DNA of 64,000 nucleotides, from NCBI GenBank assembly GCA_965220745.1, contig CBDCQT010000007.1, positions 32,001 through 96,000 of the forward strand, given 5' to 3'. The position numbers and the translations under genes are program-made. The DNA comes from Alphaproteobacteria bacterium. Its GTDB lineage: Bacteria > Pseudomonadota > Alphaproteobacteria > UBA828. The notes under the pieces are model-generated. The model was not told where the DNA came from, ran no database searches, and saw only the letters and a program-made list of their open reading frames with translations. Positions 57,699-64,000 of the stretch are shown here, one piece after another. Numbering within the stretch: the stretch's first letter is position 1; each line of letters starts with the position of its first letter.

Positions 57699-58381
57699 GC
57701 GCGCGAAATCAACGACTCACTCGCCTGAGCGCGCAAACGCAAAGAGTCGCTCGCCTGAGTGCAGGAGCTTGAAGTCCCCCTCGTGCGGGCACGCCAATTC
57801 CAATACGCGGCCCCGTCGTCGACATCGGCGAGGCGGTCGACCAGCGCGAGCCGAAACCCCGGAGGCAGCCCCCGCTCGGTATCCGTTAGCGCCCACGGGC
57901 TCGACCAGCGCACGCCCTGGAAGGGGTCGATTGCGCGGGCCCGCGGCCCCAACCCGATCAGCCAGTAGCCGCCGTCCTCCGCAGGTCCCAGCACCATGTC
58001 GGCGCGGCCCAGTGCCGCGAAGCCGCGCGCCACGTGGGCAGGCGTGAGGCCCGGAATATCGCTGCCGACGATGATCGCGGGCCCCGGCGGCAGGCTGCGG
58101 AAGACGCGCAGCATGCGTTGGCCGACATCGCCTGAGCCCTGCTCAAGGTGGGGCAGGGCGAAGGGCCAGAAGGGCTCCCGCCCCCGCCAGCCATCGGGCG
58201 TCGTCGCGAGCCACGCGCTCCAGCGCGGATCGCGGGCGAGCGGCGGCAGCACCCGGCGCACCAGCCGCCGGTAGAAAAGCCAGGCCTCGCCGTGCCCGAC
58301 ATCGCGGGCGAGCCGCGCCTTGGCCCGGCCGAGCCTTGGCTCCTTGACGAAGATCGCGAGGTGACGTGTGCCGGGTTTCAT
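57611..58381 (-). CDS. TIGR04282/DUF2064 family glycosyltransferase (rSAM/selenodomain-associated transferase 1)
   Basis: IFVKEPRLGRAKARLA, QGSGDVGQRM, IVGSDIP, LGPAEDGGYWLIG, LADVDD; extended C-terminus. Confidence 0.88.
   Translation of the reverse strand: MKPGTRHLAIFVKEPRLGRAKARLARDVGHGEAWLFYRRLVRRVLPPLARDPRWSAWLATTPDGWRGREPFWPFALPHLEQGSGDVGQRMLRVFRSLPPGPAIIVGSDIPGLTPAHVARGFAALGRADMVLGPAEDGGYWLIGLGPRARAIDPFQGVRWSSPWALTDTERGLPPGFRLALVDRLADVDDGAAYWNWRARTRGTSSSCTQASDSLRLRAQASESLISRAQASATHSISMSNSIGQDAMATKVLAGGS
57690..57763. repeat. 30-bp-period tandem repeat (about 2.4 copies) beginning at the RidA stop codon
   Basis: CTCGCCTGAG at 57690, 57720 and 57750; the first two units match at 24/30. 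Confidence 0.8.
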
Positions 58382-59079
58382 CCGTAGAGCCTCGCCACCG
58401 TCTCGGCCCGCACGCCGCAGGAGAAGAGCAGCAGGCAGCAAAAGTTTCGCAACATGCGGGGCAGGTATCCCGCGCGCCGAAAGCGCACGGCCGAGGTGAC
58501 CGCCGGCGTTCTCAGATAGGCAAGCCGCCGCCGGCCGATGCGACGCACGAGGTCCACATCTTCCATCATCGGCAGCGGGCGGAAGCCGCCCAGCGCCTCG
58601 TAGAGGCTGCGGTGGATCAAGAGCCCCTGGTCGCCGTAGGGCAGCGCGAACAACCAGCACCGCAGCGCCACCAGCCGCTCCAGAAGGCGCGCGGCGACGG
58701 CCCGGTCGTCGAGGGCGAAGCGGAAGCAGGCGGCGCGGCCCTGGTTGGCCGCCTGCGCGATGAAGGCGCTCACTTCATCGCCCCACCCCGGTGCCGGGCG
58801 CGTGTCGGCATGGAGGAAGAGCAGCCACGCGCCCTCCGCCGCCTCTGCTCCAGCCGCCAGCTGCCGGCCGCGGCCGGCCTCCGTCTCGACCACGCGCGCG
58901 TCGTGGCGGCGGGCTTCGTCGGCGGTGCCATCCCGCGAGCCGCCGTCGGCGACCACGACTTCGGCCGCCATCCCGCGCTCTTCTAGCCGGGCGACGCCGG
59001 GCGCGATGTCGGCAAGGGTCGCGCCGAGCACGCCGGCGGCGTCGAGGGTCGGAATCACGATGCTGAGGGTGGGCGGCAC
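58378..59079 (-). CDS. TIGR04283 family glycosyltransferase (GT2; rSAM/selenodomain-associated transferase 2)
   Basis: LSIVIPTL, DGGSRDGT, GRGRQLAAGA, LFLHADT, LPYGDQGL, MEDVDL; GTG start inferred. Confidence 0.9.
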   Translation of the reverse strand: MPPTLSIVIPTLDAAGVLGATLADIAPGVARLEERGMAAEVVVADGGSRDGTADEARRHDARVVETEAGRGRQLAAGAEAAEGAWLLFLHADTRPAPGWGDEVSAFIAQAANQGRAACFRFALDDRAVAARLLERLVALRCWLFALPYGDQGLLIHRSLYEALGGFRPLPMMEDVDLVRRIGRRRLAYLRTPAVTSAVRFRRAGYLPRMLRNFCCLLLFSCGVRAETVARLYG

Positions 59080-59244
59080 GGGGCGGACGATGGCTGTTAG
59101 CCCGTGCAGCGTCAATCCCGCCCAGTTCACAACTCCGAGACAACGCTTGACCTGCCCGCGCCGGGGCTTCAGAGTGACCGTCAAACAGGACGGCGCGCCG
59201 GCGGCCCTAGCTGCGCGGCGCGTCGTGTGACGGGAGCGTGAGAC

Positions 59245-59397
59245 ATGTTCAGCCCGATGAAGCTGCTAATCCTCGTGGTGCTGATTGCGGCCGTCTGGTT
59301 CGGCTTCAAGGCAATCGGCCGGGTGCGCGCCAAGGCCAAGGCCGCGGAGCCGCTCGAGCACGAGGAGCATCAGAACATCGACGACAACCGCCGTTAA
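59245..59397 (+). CDS. Small single-pass membrane protein (50 aa)
   Basis: Below the ORF-track cutoff: MFSPMKLLILVVLIAAVWFGFKAIGRVRAKAKAAEPLEHEEHQNIDDNRR; GGGAG RBS upstream. Confidence 0.7.
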   Translation: MFSPMKLLILVVLIAAVWFGFKAIGRVRAKAKAAEPLEHEEHQNIDDNRR

Positions 59398-59497
59398 CGC
59401 ACGCTCCCGCGGCAACTGCGGGGCATCCGCGCGGTTGACCGCTGCCTAAGCGGGGGGCATTGTCCGCCCGCCCATTCACCCGAATCGCTGGCCTTCG

Positions 59498-60370
59498 ATG
59501 GACGCCAACAGTCGCGACCGGTCGTTCCAGTCGCTCATCCTTGGCCTGCAGGCCTATTGGGCGGAGCGCGGCTGCGTCATCCTGCAACCCTACGACATGG
59601 AGGTCGGCGCCGGCACCTTCCATCCCGCGACCACGCTGCGCAGCCTGGGCCCTGAGCCCTGGCGCACAGCCTACGTCCAGCCCTCCCGCCGGCCGGGCGA
59701 CGGCCGCTACGGCGAGAATCCCAACCGGCTCCAACACTACTACCAGTTCCAGGTGCTCCTGAAGCCCGCGCCCGAAGACGTGCAGCACCAGTATCTCGGC
59801 AGCCTGGGCGCGCTCGGCATCGACGTCCGCGCCCACGACATCCGCTTCGTCGAGGACGACTGGGAGAGCCCGACGCTGGGCGCCTGGGGCCTCGGCTGGG
59901 AGGTCTGGTGCGACGGCATGGAGGTCACCCAATTCACCTACTTCCAGCAGGTGGGCGGGATCGACTGCGACCCCGTCCCCGTCGAGCTTACCTACGGCAT
60001 GGAGCGCCTCGCCATGTACGTGCAGGGCGTCGACAACGTGTACGACCTCGATTGGGACGGCCACGGCACGGTCTACGGCGACGTGTTCCTGCGCGCCGAG
60101 CGCGAGTTCTCGGCCTTCAACTTCGAGCACGCCGATATCGACCGCCTGCGCAATCACTTCAGCGATGCCGAGGCGGAGTGCACCGCGCTGCTCGCCGGCG
60201 ACAAGCCGCTGGCGCTGCCGGCCTACGACCAGTGCATGAAGGCCAGCCACCTCTTCAACCTGCTGGACGCACGCGGCGCGATCAGCGTGGTGGAACGCGC
60301 GGCCTACATCGGGCGCGTGCGCGCGCTGGCCAAGGCCTGCTGCGAGGCCTGGCTGGCGGGGTCGGACTAA
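59498..60370 (+). CDS. glyQ: Glycine--tRNA ligase alpha subunit
   Basis: [50 protein letters not shown]. Confidence 0.98.
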   Translation: MDANSRDRSFQSLILGLQAYWAERGCVILQPYDMEVGAGTFHPATTLRSLGPEPWRTAYVQPSRRPGDGRYGENPNRLQHYYQFQVLLKPAPEDVQHQYLGSLGALGIDVRAHDIRFVEDDWESPTLGAWGLGWEVWCDGMEVTQFTYFQQVGGIDCDPVPVELTYGMERLAMYVQGVDNVYDLDWDGHGTVYGDVFLRAEREFSAFNFEHADIDRLRNHFSDAEAECTALLAGDKPLALPAYDQCMKASHLFNLLDARGAISVVERAAYIGRVRALAKACCEAWLAGSD

Positions 60371-60373
60371 GCC

Positions 60374-62461
60374 ATGCCTGATCTGTTGCTGGAGGTGCTC
60401 TCCGAGGAAATCCCCGCGCGGATGCAGGCGGGCGGCGCGGACCAGTTGAAGAAGCAGGTCCTCTCCCGGCTAGAGGAGACCCGTCTCGCGTTTGACGCCG
60501 AGGGCGTGCAGTCCTTCGCGACGCCGCGCCGCCTCTCCCTGATCGTGCCGGACCTGCCGCCAAAGCAGCCCGACATCACGGTCGAGCGCAAGGGGCCGCG
60601 CATCGATGCGCCCGAGAAGGCGATTCAGGGCTTCCTCAAGTCCACCGGCCTCACGCTGGCGGATTGCGAGCAGCGGGAGACACCCAAGGGCCCGGTCTGG
60701 TTCGCGGTGAAGCAGGAGAAAGGGCGCCCCACCGGCGACTTGCTCGCCGACCTGCTGCCGGAGGCATTGGCCGCGGTCTCCTGGCCCAAGTCCATGCGCT
60801 GGGAGGAGAGCGGCATTCGCTGGGTGCGCCCCATCCGCTCCATCCTCTGCCTGCTGGACGATACGGTCATTCCCTTCCGCTTCGGTGCCGTGGAGAGCGG
60901 ACGCACCACCCTCGCCCACCGCTTCCTCTCCTCTGGCCCCCTCACCATCGAGCACGCAAGCGAATACGCGGCCAAGCTCGAATCAGCCAAGGTGATGCTG
61001 GACCCAGAGCAGCGGGCTCAGAAGATCGAGGATGACGCGCAGGCGTTGGTGGAGGGCGCCGGTGTTTCCCTCGCGGTGGACCCGTGGCTAAAGGAAGAGA
61101 ACGCCGGCCTCGCTGAATGGCCCGTGGTGCTGATGGGTTCCATTGACGAGTCCTTTATGGACTTGCCGCCCCCAATCCTGCGCTCGGCGATGCGCACCCA
61201 TCAGCGCTACTTCGGCTGCAACCTCTTTGCGACAGGGTCTCCGCCAGCACCCCGCTTCATCATGGTCTCGAACGCCGAGATCAGCGACGGCGGCGTGGCC
61301 ATCGTGGCCGGCAACGAACGCGTGCTGCGGGCCCGCCTGGCCGATGCCCGCTTCTTCTGGGAGCAAGATAAGCGTCAGAAGTTGAAGGACCGATTGCCGG
61401 CGCTGGACGGCGTCGTCTTTCACGCCCGCCTCGGCTCCATGAAGGACAAGGCTGAGCGCATAGCGGCGCTGGCGCGCAAGCTCTGTCGCTACATCAAGGA
61501 TGCTGATCCAGTTGAGGCAGAGCGCGCCGGTCTCCTGGCCAAGGCCGATCTTGTCTCCGAAACGGTCGGCGAGTTCCCCGATCTCCAGGGGGTCATAGGC
61601 TCCTTCTTGGCGGAGGTCCAAGGCGAGGAGTTGGCGGTTTACATGGCCGTTGTCGAGCACTACGCGCCGGAAGGGCCAAGTGTAATCTGCCCGCAGCGAC
61701 CGGTGAGCGTCGCGGTGGCGCTCGCCGACAAGCTCGATACCCTTGCCGGGTTCTTCGCCATCGACGAGCGGCCCACCGGCTCGAAGGACCCGTTTGCATT
61801 GCGCCGCGCCGCCCTCGGCGTTATTCGGCTTATCCTAGAGAATGGGCACCGGCTCCCGCTCGGTAAAGCGTTGTTAGACGCGCTCGTCGGCTATGGAGCA
61901 CTGCTGCCGCCCGAGCCGGGTGCGGAAGCCACGAAGGAGGCGCTGCTTGCTTTCTTCGCCGACCGCCTCAAGGCGGATTTCCGAGAGAGGGGCGTGCGAC
62001 ACGATTTGGTAAGCGCTGTCTTTGCGGTCGACGGCGAGGACGATCTAGTGCGCCTCTTCGATCGTGTCGCAGCGCTGACGCTCTTCCTCGAACGTAGGGA
62101 CGGCGCCAACTTACTCACCGCTTACCGCCGCGCCGCCAACATATTGCGCATCGAAGAGAAAAAGGACGGCACTGGCCATGAGGGAGAGGCCGACCCTGCG
62201 CTTTTCGCCGAGGCGGAGGAACGCACCCTCCACGACTGGATCGACAGGGCGCGCACCGAAGCAGATGCTGCCTTTGAGCGGGAAGATTTCCGGGGTGGGA
62301 TGGCCGCGATGGCAACGCTCCGCGCCCCCGTAGATGCCTTCTTCGATAACGTGACTGTCAACTGCGACAACCCCGCGCTGCGCCGCAACCGGCTGCTGAT
62401 GCTCTCGCAAATCCGCGCCACGCTGGACCGCGTCGCCGACTTCTCGAAGATCGAGGGCTAG
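60374..62461 (+). CDS. glyS: Glycine--tRNA ligase beta subunit
   Basis: LLEVLSEEIPARMQ, TPRRL, WPKSMRW, GNERVLRARLADARFF, GSKDPFALRRAALG, FFDNVTVN. Confidence 0.97.
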   Translation: MPDLLLEVLSEEIPARMQAGGADQLKKQVLSRLEETRLAFDAEGVQSFATPRRLSLIVPDLPPKQPDITVERKGPRIDAPEKAIQGFLKSTGLTLADCEQRETPKGPVWFAVKQEKGRPTGDLLADLLPEALAAVSWPKSMRWEESGIRWVRPIRSILCLLDDTVIPFRFGAVESGRTTLAHRFLSSGPLTIEHASEYAAKLESAKVMLDPEQRAQKIEDDAQALVEGAGVSLAVDPWLKEENAGLAEWPVVLMGSIDESFMDLPPPILRSAMRTHQRYFGCNLFATGSPPAPRFIMVSNAEISDGGVAIVAGNERVLRARLADARFFWEQDKRQKLKDRLPALDGVVFHARLGSMKDKAERIAALARKLCRYIKDADPVEAERAGLLAKADLVSETVGEFPDLQGVIGSFLAEVQGEELAVYMAVVEHYAPEGPSVICPQRPVSVAVALADKLDTLAGFFAIDERPTGSKDPFALRRAALGVIRLILENGHRLPLGKALLDALVGYGALLPPEPGAEATKEALLAFFADRLKADFRERGVRHDLVSAVFAVDGEDDLVRLFDRVAALTLFLERRDGANLLTAYRRAANILRIEEKKDGTGHEGEADPALFAEAEERTLHDWIDRARTEADAAFEREDFRGGMAAMATLRAPVDAFFDNVTVNCDNPALRRNRLLMLSQIRATLDRVADFSKIEG

Positions 62462-62528
62462 TACGGTGGCCCGGAAACGGACATGACCGCTTCCAGCGTC
62501 CCCCTTCTCGTCATGCCCGGATCAAGTC

Positions 62529-63787
62529 CATTGCTGTCCGGTTTAGCTTGGGTAGACAAGGTGCATGGCTTGGATTCAACTTGGTTTTTGCAAGACCTGT
62601 TGAATCGAAGCTCGCAATGGAGCCCAAGCCATGCCCTACCAGGATACGATTTTCGGCGGACTGATGAAGGCGTTTCCGCGCTGGCGCTTCGACAAGCTGG
62701 CAGAGCGCCACGGAGCGGACTACCGGGTCCGGCGCCTTTCGTCGTGGAGCCAGTTCCAGGCGATGGTGTTCGCCCAGCTGTCGGGCTCGCGCTCGTTGCG
62801 CGAGGCGGTCGGTGCGCTGGAACGCTTTCCGGGCGTCCATGCCCATCTGGGTCTGGCGCCGGTGCGGCGGTCTACGCTCGCGGATGCCAACCGGGTACGT
62901 CCGGCGGCCCTGTTCGAGGACGTACTCGAGGCCCTGGTCGCCCGGCTGGGCGCATCTGCGGGCCAGCGCGGGCGGGAGATGCTGCGCCTCGTCGATGCGA
63001 CCCGGGTCCTGGTTGGCAAGCGGATCGAGAGCTGGGAGGTCGACGGTGCCGTCAAGCTGCACGTGGTCTACGACCCGGACGCAGATGCGCCCGTTTGCTT
63101 TGCCGTGACCTCGGCCAGGGTCAACGACATCACGCCGGCCAAGCGCCTCCCCATCGAGCCCGGCGCGACTTACGTCTTCGACAAGGGCTATTACGACTTC
63201 GCCTTCTGGGCAGACATCGACGCCAAGGGGAGCCGCTTCGTCACCCGGCTGAAGAAGAACTCGCCCACAAGCCTGATCGAGACCCGCCCGGTCAAGCCGG
63301 ACGGCCCGGTCGTGGCCGACCGCGTCGCCTTGCTGTCGAAGCGCCTGGCGGCGAGCCGCCAGAACCCCTTCGACAAGCCGGTGCGTCTGGTCACCGTGCG
63401 CATCGACAGCGGCAGGGAGATCATGCTGGTCAGCAACGACCTCAATGCCCCAGCCGAAGAGATCGCGGCGCTCTACAAGCGGCGCTGGCAGGTCGAGCTG
63501 TTCTTCAAGTGGATCAAGCAGAACCTGAAGATCCGGCACTTCCTCGGCACCAGCGAGAATGCCGTGCGCATCCAGATCGTCACCGCGCTGATCGCCTACC
63601 TGCTGCTGCGGCTGGCGCAGATCGGAACCGGAACCCGGCTCGGCCTCCAGGCCATCGCCCGCCTCGTCGCCAAGACGACCTTCCAGCGCCGGGCGCTCAC
63701 CGACCTCTTCGAACCGCCGCCCGATGAGCCACAAACCCATGACCAACTCCAAATCCCCTTCGCCAAAATCTAAACCGGACAGCAATG
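62529..63787 (+). mobile_element. IS4-family insertion sequence, 1259 bp, intact
   Basis: Perfect 18-bp TIRs CATTGCTGTCCGGTTTAG (62529-62546) and CTAAACCGGACAGCAATG (63770-63787); 9-bp direct repeat GATCAAGTC at 62520-62528 and 63788-63796. Confidence 0.95.
62631..63773 (+). CDS. IS4-family DDE transposase
   Basis: N-terminal DUF4372-like region; LVDAT, FDKGYYD, YKRRWQVELFFKWIKQ (YREK motif); stop codon lies inside the right TIR. Confidence 0.95.
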   Translation: MPYQDTIFGGLMKAFPRWRFDKLAERHGADYRVRRLSSWSQFQAMVFAQLSGSRSLREAVGALERFPGVHAHLGLAPVRRSTLADANRVRPAALFEDVLEALVARLGASAGQRGREMLRLVDATRVLVGKRIESWEVDGAVKLHVVYDPDADAPVCFAVTSARVNDITPAKRLPIEPGATYVFDKGYYDFAFWADIDAKGSRFVTRLKKNSPTSLIETRPVKPDGPVVADRVALLSKRLAASRQNPFDKPVRLVTVRIDSGREIMLVSNDLNAPAEEIAALYKRRWQVELFFKWIKQNLKIRHFLGTSENAVRIQIVTALIAYLLLRLAQIGTGTRLGLQAIARLVAKTTFQRRALTDLFEPPPDEPQTHDQLQIPFAKI

Positions 63788-63972
63788 GATCAAGTCCGGG
63801 CATCCATCCCGGCCACATCCGTCGGAGGGTGGCGGCCGCATTCTGCGCGCGCGATCCTCTGGGCGTGCGCGACGTGGATGGCCGGAACACCCCCGGACTT
63901 GATCCGGGGGCCGGCCATGACGGTAAAAGGCTGGCGCCGGGCGTGCGCACTTCCGGGGCAGGACGCTAGGCC

Positions 63973-64000
63973 GTGGCCGAGTGGGTCTACCGCTTCGGCG
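63973..64000 (+). CDS. ppdK: Probable start of pyruvate, phosphate dikinase (partial)
   Basis: GTG start gives (M)AEWVYRFG, matching the typical PpdK N-terminus; glyQ-glyS-ppdK synteny is common in alphaproteobacteria. Only 9 codons are visible. Confidence 0.65.

Larger units (their letters stand above)
62510..63921. repeat. REP-like composite palindrome (GTCATGCCCGG...CCGGGCATCCA / TGGATGGCCGG...CCGGCCATGAC) interrupted by IS4
   Basis: Removing the IS and one TSD restores GTCATGCCCGGATCAAGTCCGGGCATCCA; the inverted partner lies at 63875-63921. Confidence 0.8.

Noticed and set aside
57690-57763. Possible mini-CRISPR
   Set aside because: Period is only 30 bp, the intervening parts resemble each other, and the repeat is the ridA 3' end.

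Overview
GC-rich chromosomal segment of an alphaproteobacterium, judged from gene content and the conserved orders trcR(DUF1013)-qor-DUF1192, hslV-hslU and glyQ-glyS-ppdK. Housekeeping genes (tRNA-Val(GAC), hslVU, rpmB, upp, gabD, family-4 UDG, moaB, glyQS, start of ppdK) are interspersed with many catabolic and transport genes. These include a heterotetrameric sarcosine-oxidase-family operon (probably N-methylglutamate dehydrogenase type), a urea/amide-type ABC importer, a ProXWV-type importer, a fused hydantoinase/oxoprolinase preceded by a small Cys4 protein, CaiB/CaiC-type CoA enzymes, an OYE flavoenzyme, a 2OG-Fe(II) hydroxylase and three EamA/DMT paralogs. There is also a small lower-GC capsule/glycosyltransferase islet. 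The only clear mobile element is an intact IS4 (18-bp perfect TIRs, 9-bp TSD) inserted into the loop of a REP-like palindrome after glyS. The most unusual non-coding signal is shared by two intergenic regions 31 kb apart (about 10.99-11.13 kb and 42.06-42.17 kb): a 70-bp ungapped element plus a hairpin with an invariant 10-nt loop and compensatory stem changes; the first copy sits next to a 10-bp-period repeat array. No CRISPR array, prophage or rRNA was seen. All calls come from reading the sequence; no database searches were run.
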